A DNA stretch of 64,000 nt from Vicinamibacterales bacterium (GCA_038919385.1 JBCKZH010000001.1:26192-90191), one strand, 5' to 3'; shown: positions 39,705-48,132, counted from the stretch's first letter. The notes: generated by a model from the letters alone, not told the origin. A program made the numbers and translations.

Positions 39705-40239
39705 CTATCCCGGCGCTGGCCGGGGTCGTCCGCCTTCAGGCGATGGCTGATCCGGACAGACCGCGTTCAGGGCCCGATCCAGTTGCGACAACGTTGACGG
39801 CTTCGAGAGCAGCGGCGCGCCCAGCGCCTTGATGCGCTCTTGCGCCTCGGGCGCCGCCGGATCCACAAGCGCGACGCCGGCATCTCGGCCGGTGGTGGTC
39901 GTGATGCGAATGGTCGCGCCGAGCGTGCGGCCGAGCAGCCGGACGATGTTCTCGACCAGTCTGGTTGATGCCGACGGGCTGCGGATTGAGCTGCCGCCGG
40001 CGCGAGAACGCCAGCAGGTCGCCGGTGAGATCCTGGCCGTGCCGTGTGGCTCGCAGTGTTTCGTCAATCAACTCCACTGCGTGGTCGTCCCCCTCAGGCA
40101 GCCGCAGTTTGAGCAGCTCGAGGTTGCCGAGAATCACCATCAGGATGTTGTTGAAGTCATGCGCGATGCCGCCGGTGAGCTGGCCGACCGCCTCGTTGAC
40201 GGCCAGCAGGATGTCGGCGCTGTTGGGGATGGATCGCAT
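39705..40239 (-). pseudogene. Hybrid histidine-kinase remnant (HisKA only, HATPase and most of the receiver deleted, frameshifted)
   Basis: GQLTGGIAHDFNNILMVILGNLELL...LLAFSRRRQLNPQPVGINQ in one frame. Then LVENIVRLLGRTLGATIRITT...ALVDPA joins directly to ...GAPLLSKPSTLSQLDRAL (receiver C-terminus) in another. Confidence 0.6.
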
Positions 40240-40284
40240 GGCGCATGGGCATCCTTAGCGCGTTGTCTGGCACACAATAGAGCC

Positions 40285-42231
40285 GTGGTACCCGTCGCCT
40301 GTGTCCTGCTCCTGCTGCTTGCCGCCCCGGTGTTCGCCCAGGAACCTCCCAAGCCTGAGCCGCCCGTTCCCGCCGAGGCGCTTCCCGTGGTCGAAGAGTT
40401 CGTCGAGGTGTCGGCGACGCGCAGTGGCAAGCGGCTCGAGGACCAGCCGATGAGGGTCGAGGTGCTGGAGCGCGAAGAGATCGAGGAAAAGCTCCTCATG
40501 ACCCCCGGCGACATCGTCATGATGCTGAACGAGATGGGCGGCATGCGCGTGCAGGCGACCTCGCCGTCGCTGGGCGCCGCCAGCGTGCGCATCCAGGGCA
40601 TGCGCGGACGCTACACGCGGTTCCTCGCGGACGGCTTGCCGCTATACGGCGAGCAGGCCGGTGCGCTGTCCTTGCTGCAGATCCCACCGATGGATTTGTC
40701 GCAAGTCGAAGTCATAAAGGGGGTCGCCTCGTCGCTATATGGCGCCGGCGCCATGGGCGGCGTCGTCAACCTGATCTCGCGGCGGCCGGGTGCTGAACCG
40801 CAGCGAGAGTTCCTGTTGAATCGCTCGACCCGCGGCGCGACTGACGCCGTCGCCTGGTTCGGCCAGCCGCTATCGGCAGGCTGGGGCCTGACGTTCCTTG
40901 GTGGCGGCCACTGGCAGGATCAAGCTGACGTCAATGACGATGCGTGGGCTGACCTGCCCGGCTACTCGCGCGGGGTCATGCGGCCGCGACTGTCGTGGGA
41001 CAACGGCAAGGGCAGCACCTTCTTCGCGACGACTGGCGCGACGATCGAGAACCGGACGGGCGGAACCATGCCGGGCCTGAGCCTGCCGTCGGGTGCGGGT
41101 CCGTATCGTGAGGCGCTTGAGACCCGCCGGTTCGACGTCGGGACGGTGGGCCAGACGCTCGTCCGCCAGCGTTACGTGGTGAGCGCGCGTGCGGCGTTTG
41201 CGCAGCAGCGTCACGATCACCAGTTCGGCGAGAACCGCGAGCGCGATCGACACGACACGCTGTTCGGCGAGGCGACCATTCGCGGTGCATCTGGACGGCA
41301 CACCTGGGTGGCCGGCGCGGCCATCGAGCGCGAGGCGTATCGCGCCACCGAGCTGCCGCGATTTGATTTCACCTACACCGTGCCGGGCGTGTTCGTGCAG
41401 GACGATGTCGCGCTGGCTGGCTGGTTGTCGGTCAGCGCCAGCGGCCGCCTCGATCATCACAGTGAGTACGGAACGTTCGTGAGCCCGAGGGTGTCGGCGT
41501 TGGCGCGGTCCGGCGTGTGGAACACGCGGCTATCAGCCGGCACCGGTTTCTTCGGCCCGTCGCCGCTGACAGAAGAAACCGAGGCGGCGGGATTGACGCG
41601 CCTTGAGATTCCGGTACCGCTGCGTGCCGAGCAGGGACGCAGCGCGTCGTTCGACCTCAGCCGGACCGACGGCCCCGCCTCGTATTCCGTCACGCTGTTC
41701 GCATCGCGTGTGCAGAACCCCATTCATGTGGAACCGAGTCAGCGTGGGCTGGTCCTGACGAACCTGGACGATCCCACCACCAACACCGGCGTGGAGCTGC
41801 TCGGCACGTTGCGCCAGTCCCCGTTTTCGCTGACGGCGAGCTACACCTACGTCCGCTCGCGCGAGCGGGTGGGCGGCTCGTCAGAAGATGTGCCGTTGAC
41901 GCCGCGCCACAGTGCGGGCCTGGTCGGCATGTGGGAGCGCGAGGACGTCGGTCGGATCGGCGTCGAGTGGTACCACACCGGTGTGCAGCGTCTCGAGCAC
42001 AACCCGTATCGCGATACCAGTAAGCCGTACATGATCGTCGGGCTGCTGGCCGAGAAGCAGGTCGGCCGCCTGCGTCTGTTCGTGAACGGCGAGAACCTCA
42101 CTGGTGTGCGGCAGACGCGAGGGGATCCGCTGCTGCGTCCCGATCGCGCTCCGGATGGTCGTTGGACCGTGGACGCCTGGGCGCCGCTCGACGGCCGGAC
42201 CGTGAATGGCGGAGTGAGGTTGATGTTTTGA
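40285..42231 (+). CDS. TonB-dependent receptor
   Basis: GTG at 40285 gives VPVACVLLLLLAAPVFAQ. Plug: RVEVLEREEIEEK, GGMRVQATSPSLGAASVRIQGMRGRYTRFLADGLPLYG, EVIKGVASSLYGAGAMGGVVNLISR. C-terminal NGGVRLMF. Confidence 0.85.
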   Translation: MVPVACVLLLLLAAPVFAQEPPKPEPPVPAEALPVVEEFVEVSATRSGKRLEDQPMRVEVLEREEIEEKLLMTPGDIVMMLNEMGGMRVQATSPSLGAASVRIQGMRGRYTRFLADGLPLYGEQAGALSLLQIPPMDLSQVEVIKGVASSLYGAGAMGGVVNLISRRPGAEPQREFLLNRSTRGATDAVAWFGQPLSAGWGLTFLGGGHWQDQADVNDDAWADLPGYSRGVMRPRLSWDNGKGSTFFATTGATIENRTGGTMPGLSLPSGAGPYREALETRRFDVGTVGQTLVRQRYVVSARAAFAQQRHDHQFGENRERDRHDTLFGEATIRGASGRHTWVAGAAIEREAYRATELPRFDFTYTVPGVFVQDDVALAGWLSVSASGRLDHHSEYGTFVSPRVSALARSGVWNTRLSAGTGFFGPSPLTEETEAAGLTRLEIPVPLRAEQGRSASFDLSRTDGPASYSVTLFASRVQNPIHVEPSQRGLVLTNLDDPTTNTGVELLGTLRQSPFSLTASYTYVRSRERVGGSSEDVPLTPRHSAGLVGMWEREDVGRIGVEWYHTGVQRLEHNPYRDTSKPYMIVGLLAEKQVGRLRLFVNGENLTGVRQTRGDPLLRPDRAPDGRWTVDAWAPLDGRTVNGGVRLMF

Positions 42232-42255
42232 TTTCCGGCGCCAAGGCTGTCGTGA

Positions 42256-42448
42256 TCAGCCTCGCAGCGGTCCTGGCCGCGCGATGAAGCGATGGGTGAA
42301 GTCTGAGTCCACCGCAAGGGCTTCTCGGATACGCAGCTTCTCCATGACGCAGATTCTTGAAAGTTCGGAAGACTTCGACGACGCGCGAATGATGAGCGTC
42401 TCTCTTCGATATCAACGCGAAGAGGAATCCCGTGTCGATAAAAGTCAC
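42256..42448 (-). pseudogene. PIN-domain toxin remnant (N-terminal 33 aa and C-terminal 29 aa in different frames, middle missing)
   Basis: MTFIDTGFLFALISKRDAHHSRVVEVFRTFKNLR, then in another frame MEKLRIREALAVDSDFTHRFIARPGPLRG, stop 42256-42258. Confidence 0.55.
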
Positions 42449-42672
42449 ACTTTCGGCTCGCCGTAGAGGTAAAGGTCGTGGTTCTCGGCCATGTCGGCCG
42501 GCGCGTCATCGATGAATCCAATCAGCGCTTCGGCCGCTTTCCAGCCCGTGGGGTCGTCGCCGTCAGCCGACGCTGCGATCGGTATGTGGATCTCCACTTC
42601 CGTGCGTTCGGCGAGGTGGACGGGCTCCTGGGGCCTGAATACGCCGTTCTCGTAGATGGCTTTGACGGTCAT
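42445..42672 (-). CDS. AF2212/DUF104-type antitoxin (intact)
   Basis: MTVKAIYENGVFRPQEPVHLAERTEVEI is the family signature. 4-nt overlap with the PIN remnant. Confidence 0.75.
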   Translation of the reverse strand: MTVKAIYENGVFRPQEPVHLAERTEVEIHIPIAASADGDDPTGWKAAEALIGFIDDAPADMAENHDLYLYGEPKV

Positions 42673-42845
42673 GGGCTCGCCTCGATGCTCATTTTACCGC
42701 GATGAGACCGCACCGCCCTGGAATCGTCTGGATAGCTCGAACAGCCCGATACGTGACCCGTGTCGGCAGGGGAATGGGGCGCTTCGTCGCGATCAGAAGC
42801 CAGCTGGCCCGAAGCAATCGAAGGCCGTTGAGTTTAGTGGCGCCG

Positions 42846-43766
42846 ATGTCTGCCTATCTTTCAATACGCCAGACGGGCTCCCGGCCTCACGTCACAGTCA
42901 CGTCACAGAAGGTGTATTCAGAGAATGTGCTCCATGTGCGGCACGACGTGTGGGACGTACACACGGATGCAGACCGCTGGTGGGTGATCACCGAGCCGAT
43001 GAACCTGTATGCCCAGGAGCAATTCCCGAACATGGACTTGGCGTTGACCTTTCACGTCGGCCTGTGTCTGCGAATCCCGCGATCCGAACGCCAGAAGCTC
43101 TCAGAGCTACCCGTCGAACCGTTCGCCGAATGCTATCGCTACCTTCAGGAAGCATCCGAGGCCCTTCAGCATTCGAGCGAAGTCGCGGACTACCAAGCAA
43201 TCGGCGTAAGGTGCAGGGAGGCGCTGCTTGCGTTTGCCAGCGCCGCCCAGATTCTATTGCCGTGGACGCCCGAGGGCGAGGCCCCGAAGAAAGCCGATCT
43301 CAAGGCGTGGGCCAACCACGTCTGCAATGTCGCGCTGGCCGGTGCCGAGCACGAGCACAGGCGGCATCTGTACAAGACGCTGCTCGACAGTGCGTGGAAG
43401 TTCGTGAACTGGCTTACCCACGCGAAGTCGTCACACTGGCACGACGCGGAGGCCGGCATTGCCGTAACAGAGAACGCGATTGGACTGAGTACGAGTTCTA
43501 TCATCCGGCACGTACGGGGCGTGCCGGATCGATGCCCAGCCTGCGGATCGCAGAGGCTTGCGCCCCAGCGCGGCTACAACACAAATGTCCCCGATATCGA
43601 GTGGGAGCGGCCTGCGTGCGAAAAATGTGGCTGGGCCGGTCTGCCGGTGCCAATCACCAACATCGCCGACGCTCCGGACGACCCCCCGCCAATTGCCGCC
43701 GAGGGTGAGTGTGTCATTCCGACGGTTCCCCTCCGACAGCTCAAGCATCCGTCGGACCTGGATTGA
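42846..43766 (+). CDS. Hypothetical protein with C-terminal CxxC...CxxC zinc ribbon
   Basis: Long ORF in the lower-GC segment. Alternative start GTG 42912. WWVITEPMNLYAQEQFP N-terminal block, helical middle, CPACGSQR...CEKCGW near the C-terminus. No family recognised. Confidence 0.6.
   Translation: MSAYLSIRQTGSRPHVTVTSQKVYSENVLHVRHDVWDVHTDADRWWVITEPMNLYAQEQFPNMDLALTFHVGLCLRIPRSERQKLSELPVEPFAECYRYLQEASEALQHSSEVADYQAIGVRCREALLAFASAAQILLPWTPEGEAPKKADLKAWANHVCNVALAGAEHEHRRHLYKTLLDSAWKFVNWLTHAKSSHWHDAEAGIAVTENAIGLSTSSIIRHVRGVPDRCPACGSQRLAPQRGYNTNVPDIEWERPACEKCGWAGLPVPITNIADAPDDPPPIAAEGECVIPTVPLRQLKHPSDLD
42887..42908. repeat. Tandem 11-mer TCACGTCACAG x2
   Basis: Read directly. A near-identical tandem lies at 46665-46686. 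Confidence 0.9.
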
Positions 43767-43863
43767 TAATGCCTGTGCTCCAAATATCACGAGCGCCGGC
43801 ATCGAAGTGGCACTCGGGTGGTACCGCCGCGGTTCGAGTGGTTGAGCGGCGTCTGGCGCTAAA

Positions 43864-44100
43864 ATGGTAGCCATGACCCGCCCCGCAAGAGTCGTGACTT
43901 GGAATGGCAAGGACGTTCCGGCCGAGCTGCGTGAGCTGCCGGCTGGCCGCTACGTTGTCGAAGCGGTCGACGACGAGGCACCTGCTCTGTCGCCAGATGA
44001 AGAGGCCGGCATCGAGGCTGCCCTTGAGTCGTACCGACAAGGACGGGTCGTTGACGCGACACGCGCCCGCCAGATCATCGACGCAGCCCTCGGGCGGTGA
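43864..44100 (+). CDS. Small acidic putative antitoxin (intact)
   Basis: 78 aa. C-terminal LSPDEEAGIEAALESYRQGRVVDATRARQIIDAAL resembles addiction-module antitoxin tails. GTGA overlap with a ParE/RelE-like stub. Confidence 0.5.
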   Translation: MVAMTRPARVVTWNGKDVPAELRELPAGRYVVEAVDDEAPALSPDEEAGIEAALESYRQGRVVDATRARQIIDAALGR

Positions 44101-44150
44101 AGGTCAACTACACCGACGAGGCGATCGCCGACATCGTCAAGTTCTGTTGA
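44097..44150 (+). pseudogene. ParE/RelE-like toxin stub (17 codons)
   Basis: VKVNYTDEAIADIVKFC-stop. Matches the usual ParE N-terminus (xxYTxxAxxDLxxI), then terminates. Confidence 0.35.
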
Positions 44151-44390
44151 GAGCCGTCGAACTAGCGCGACCGCCGCTTCGCACATCGAATCAAGTTGCT
44201 CTTGACTCACCACCACTTCTGCATCCCAGCCTTCGCCGATCACGAATTCCGAATACGCTTCTGAAAACGCTGTGTCGAGAATGGGCTCCTCTCCTCGTTG
44301 AACATCATCTTGAATAGGTTGGCATCGGGCAGCCCATGAGCGAAGGAACACAGGAATACGTACTCCGGGATCACGTCGCGTCCTTCCTGC

Positions 44391-45127
44391 TCACGCTCGG
44401 ACGACGTCGTACCGTGTCGCCGGACCCGACCCCTGCTTCCGTACCAACCCGAGATCCGTGAAGTGCTTTAGATGGTTCAGCGCTGTCCGGTTCGGGAGTT
44501 TCAACGCATCGGCGTACTCGGCGGACGTGACGGTGTCTCTGGTGGCCAACCACTCCCACCCCGAGCACTCGGTCTTGCTCAGGGAGGCGAGTATCCCAGC
44601 TTCCAGCGAACCAACGGGTCTTCCCACGCGTACTTTGGCAGCGGCAGGTGAGCTCGCTGAGCGTCATTCCGCATGGACTTCAGGCCCAGGCCCGCTCCTC
44701 GGCCAACCGGTGGAACCGGTGCGCCAGGGCTCTTCACGACGATCGTGTCGGGCGTGACGATCAACTGACACTTGGCTCCCTCGATCTCGTAATCGCGGTG
44801 AACGAGAGCGTTCACGATGCCCTCGCGGGCGAGTCCGAACAGGGATTCCTGCGCCTCACGCCGTCGCGCTCCAGAGCGGTCGATCGGATTCGGGAGCTTG
44901 TCCCTGAGCCACTGCAGCGCCAAACCCGGAGCAAGAACCTGTGGACCATCGAAGTCCCTTGGCTCTTCGTTCCCTTCAGAAAAGTGAATCGTGCCCAGCA
45001 GGCCGGCCTGGGGCATGGCCGTCCGCGGCTCTTTGCCAAAGAGCAAAAGGCCAAACCCCGTTGGCGTCCAGCGGCCATCGTCGTGCTTCAGAAGCCCCTG
45101 TTGAACGAGACGACGGTTGGTGACTGG
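44391..45127 (-). pseudogene. Remnant of an AlbA_2/HATPase_c_4/wHTH 'putative DNA-binding' protein (N-terminus absent, internal deletion, frameshift)
   Basis: GFGLLLFGKEPRTAMPQAGL, REGIVNALVHRDYEIEGAKCQLIV...VKSPG in one frame. wHTH TSAEYADALKLPNRTALNHLKHFTDLGLVRKQG in another. Confidence 0.6.
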
Positions 45128-45268
45128 CTACGACTCGATTCCCGCAATGCGCAACGCCTTGGCGATGACCTCGTCCGACAGCCACATGCCCGCTGACCGA
45201 AGCTCCAGCAACACCGCTCTCGGATCGCTGATCATTCCTCGACGGTGAGCCGCAATGATCAGGGGACG
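45128..45268 (-). pseudogene. C-terminal tail of a DUF3368-type PIN-like toxin
   Basis: RPLIIAAHRRGMISDPRAVLLELRSAGMWLSDEVIAKALRIAGIES-stop begins immediately after the UPF0175 stop codon. The first ~110 aa of the toxin are absent. Confidence 0.45.
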
Positions 45269-45520
45269 TCAGACATCCCTTAGCTCTCGCGCGAGATCCT
45301 GCTCGTCGACTACGAACACATCGACGCGGCGACGGGCCAGTTCCGCGAGGAACTCCGCCCGGCTCATGCCAGCCGTCTCAGCGGCGCGGGCCATGGAGAT
45401 CGCACTCTGCTGATACCAGTGAATCGCCGCGGCGAGACGCATCTCGTCAGCCACCTCGTGAGGCGCCTTGCGAAGCGCGGCAAGCAACCCGTCGGGAACG
45501 GTCACGTCTACGTGTGTCAT
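45269..45520 (-). CDS. UPF0175 family antitoxin (intact)
   Basis: Internal ATG at 45520: MTHVDVTVPDGLLAAL...AAAIHWYQQSAISMARAAETAGMSRAEFLAELARR. Confidence 0.8.
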   Translation of the reverse strand: MTHVDVTVPDGLLAALRKAPHEVADEMRLAAAIHWYQQSAISMARAAETAGMSRAEFLAELARRRVDVFVVDEQDLARELRDV

Positions 45521-45716
45521 CACACTCCTCAGCTTTGTATCCTGCTTTGAACTCGGCGTGCTGTGTGGCGCCAAATCACGACGACTCTCCATCGCTTGAG
45601 ACGGCGCGTCTGAGTCTGTAATCTACCTCGTCCGAATCGTCGTCGGAGGCCGGTGGTCTCCAGACTCTCCTCATCTACGACGCTGGGAAGGTCAGTAGCC
45701 CCGAGTGGTTCGATAC

Positions 45717-46373
45717 TCATCGGCCTTCGCCCCCCTCATGTTCCGATCCAATCACCCAGATCTTCGGCTGATCCAGCACCCGCGTCACGAACGCGTTCTC
45801 CGTCCGGGCGCGCTTGGAAAACTCGGCGGCGGTGTACACCGTGGGGTTGACTTTCCGACCCACGGTGCGCGTGACCCGCTCAAGGGCGCCGAAGACTTCG
45901 CCGTACGTGAGGCTGTCGCTGATGATCATCAGGTCGATGTCGCTAGCCGCTTGGTCGGTCGCCTTGGCCACGGAACCGTAGACGAAGGCGGCGCGAATCG
46001 CTGACGACATGGGTGTCAGGGCATCGCGCAGAGGCTCCGCGAGGCCGACCGTCTTGAGCACGATACTCCGTAGTTCAGAAAACAGCGGTGAAGCCGCGTT
46101 GGCCTGGTAGTGCTTCTGGTGGCCTATTCGTCGGGACACGATCAGCCCGCTCTCTTCGAGTCGCGCGAGTTCGCGCTGCGCCGCTCCAGAGCCCGTACCC
46201 GCGTCCCGAATCAGCTCCGACGCATAGAAGCTGCGCTCCGGCTGGCCGAAAAACACGCCCAGGACGCGCTGCTGTGTCTTGGTGAACAGCGAATCCGCCA
46301 GGCTCTTTCCACGGGATCGACTCGAACCGGCCCTTATACCCAATATGGGCGCGATCATGCCCGATCTGGGCAT
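45717..46373 (-). CDS. Winged-helix (ArsR-like) - nucleotidyltransferase fusion protein
   Basis: SFYASELIRDAGTGSGAAQRELARLEESGLIV (wHTH) followed by AAFVYGSVAKATDQAASDIDLMII (NTase GS...DxD). The start is ambiguous (46373/46358/46430). Confidence 0.75.
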   Translation of the reverse strand: MPRSGMIAPILGIRAGSSRSRGKSLADSLFTKTQQRVLGVFFGQPERSFYASELIRDAGTGSGAAQRELARLEESGLIVSRRIGHQKHYQANAASPLFSELRSIVLKTVGLAEPLRDALTPMSSAIRAAFVYGSVAKATDQAASDIDLMIISDSLTYGEVFGALERVTRTVGRKVNPTVYTAAEFSKRARTENAFVTRVLDQPKIWVIGSEHEGGEGR

Positions 46374-46664
46374 CTTCGTCAAACGGGGCTCTATATTCGG
46401 GCTGAGATCACGCCGTCGAGCTTCGTTCACGAGTCCACGCTCGAAGCCGCTTCTCCTCGATCCAACCGGCGCTGGAGATCAACATCGACTGGTCGCTCCG
46501 GGCCTCGCACCTGCATTCCATCGTTTTCTCAGGCTCGGCCTTCGTGGCGTTCGAGCATCCGGAGACAGCGTTCGAATTCGCGCAGCGGACGATGAGGGGC
46601 ATGCTGACACCGGAAGTCCAGTCCGCATGGGAATCGGTGCCGGGTCGTCGAAGGCTCTGCTGTG

Positions 46665-46686
46665 TCACGTCACGATCACGTCACAG
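46665..46686. repeat. Tandem 11-mer TCACGTCACGA TCACGTCACAG
   Basis: Read directly. 20/22 identical to 42887-42908. Lies 54 nt upstream of tRNA-Ser. Confidence 0.9.
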
Positions 46687-46739
46687 TTTGACTTTGAGCG
46701 GGTCCCCGCCTCACGGTAAGCTATTGATCCCATTCGAAC

Positions 46740-46829
46740 GGAGAGATGTCCGAGTGGTTGAAGGAGCACGCTTGGAAAGCGTGTGTACGAGAAATCGTAC
46801 CAAGGGTTCGAATCCCTTTCTCTCCGCCA
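46740..46829 (+). tRNA. tRNA-Ser (anticodon GGA), CCA encoded
   Basis: GGAGAGA acceptor pairs with TCTCTCC. Anticodon arm CACGC-UUGGAAA-GCGUG. Long variable arm. T-arm AAGGG-TTCGAAT-CCCTT. Discriminator G plus CCA. Confidence 0.95.
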
Positions 46830-47015
46830 CTCATTTCGGCTTCGCCTCCCTTCATGGCGCCGAGAAGGGCTTCAGTCGCGCGGCGACAGCCGTCGGCTGG
46901 TCGCCAGCGGGACGCCCACCCTCCCGCACCAATCTCGATCGGCGGCCGACAGCGTCCTGAACCCGACCAGGAAACCGGCCGAGTAATCGGCGAGAATCCG
47001 TGTCTAATCGGTGGC

Positions 47016-47666
47016 CTAGAAGCGGAACAGCTTGTTCGACGTTGGCGTCGTAGGAGTACTGTCGAATGGTCCGGTTGCGCGTCGGCCGTGGGCTGAAGCG
47101 GACGGAGCCAAAATTGCTACGGAACTGAGTGCGTCGCAGGAACCCGACTTCCGGATTGAAGTTGTCGCCGACGACCGTGCGATCGAGTTGCACGCCATAC
47201 CGATCGGCGGCGTAGTTGAAGTTCGCGCGATAGCTGAGGGCGTCGCGTGCCTGACCGGCCGTGCGTGAGCGCGCCGCATACCCGCCAAGGCTGACATTCT
47301 ACGACAACGCGAAGTTGCCATCGACACCCGCAACCTGATTCGCGCCAGGGGCCACGGTGGAGACCGATCGGTTGGTGAACAACGCGCCAATCGAACTGCG
47401 CTGCAGGACGTCGCGTCAATTCGAGTCCGGGCCGTCATACGTGTACCAGCCGTTGTTCCGCGCTCGAGTATCAACGACGATGGAGATCCACAGGTAGACC
47501 TGCGCGAAGCCAACTGCTCCAACAGGCGCGCGTCCTTTGTGTGAATGCCCCTGATGTTGAACAACGTGTTGCGATAGTGGACGTCATTCAGGACGTGGGC
47601 GACGAACTCCTTCTCGGGAATCGAGACAATCGACTGGTGCAGGAGCGCCTTCGGCGCGACTCCCAC
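47016..47666 (-). pseudogene. Outer-membrane DUF5916-like protein remnant with in-frame stops and frameshifts
   Basis: [30 protein letters not shown] and LSYRANFNYAADRYGVQLDRT in one frame, with in-frame TAG (47299-47301) and TGA (47416-47418). The porin-like C-terminus NKLFRF-stop is in another frame at 47016. Family name is from memory. Confidence 0.5.
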
Positions 47667-47688
47667 AAGGGCGCGAAGCGCCGGCGTC

Positions 47689-48117
47689 CTACTTCCCCTT
47701 GGACCCCTTCGCGACCATCAGGGCGATGAGTTCCGCGGGCGCGCCCTCGGCCGACGCCATCATCATGGCGGACATGCCCTGATCGCTGCGGATGTTGGGG
47801 TCGGCGCCTTTGTCGAGCAGCAATGCCGCGGTCTTGAATTGCTCATGATGGAGCGCGACGAAGAGCGGTGTCCAGCCCGAGGAGCGGCCGAAGCCCTGGG
47901 GCCGGCGGTCCTGAATGTTGGGATTGGCGCCGAGCGCGATCAGTGTGGCGACGACCTCCGGGCGGTTCGGCAATTCGCCGCCACATTGGTGCGGTCCGAG
48001 GCGATGCCCGCCACGAGCCGCCCAGTAGAGCGCCGTGGCCGGCACTTCCCAGAACGCGGCGCAGTTGGTGACGGCCAGCGCGGAAACAAGCAAAGCGCTG
48101 CTCAATACAAAGTTCAT
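47689..48117 (-). CDS. Secreted ankyrin-repeat protein
   Basis: Internal ATG at 48117: MNFVLSSALLVSALAVTNCAA. Ankyrin motifs LIALGANPNIQD, GWTPLFVALHH, LLLDKGADPNIRS. Confidence 0.8.
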   Translation of the reverse strand: MNFVLSSALLVSALAVTNCAAFWEVPATALYWAARGGHRLGPHQCGGELPNRPEVVATLIALGANPNIQDRRPQGFGRSSGWTPLFVALHHEQFKTAALLLDKGADPNIRSDQGMSAMMMASAEGAPAELIALMVAKGSKGK

Positions 48118-48132
48118 GGTCACTCCCTTCGA

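Noticed and set aside
43950-44351. 133-aa minus-strand ORF
   Set aside because: Its C-terminal half is antisense to the antitoxin gene 43864-44100 and Arg/Ser-rich. The N-terminal part (44150-44351) might be a scrap of something, but I could not recognise it. A 44-codon ORF from GTG ~44371 in another frame is equally unassignable.
46830-47015. Integrase gene or att duplication next to tRNA-Ser
   Set aside because: No ORF with recombinase motifs in any frame within several kb. No second copy of the tRNA 3' end (…GGTTCGAATCCC…) was noticed in the window.
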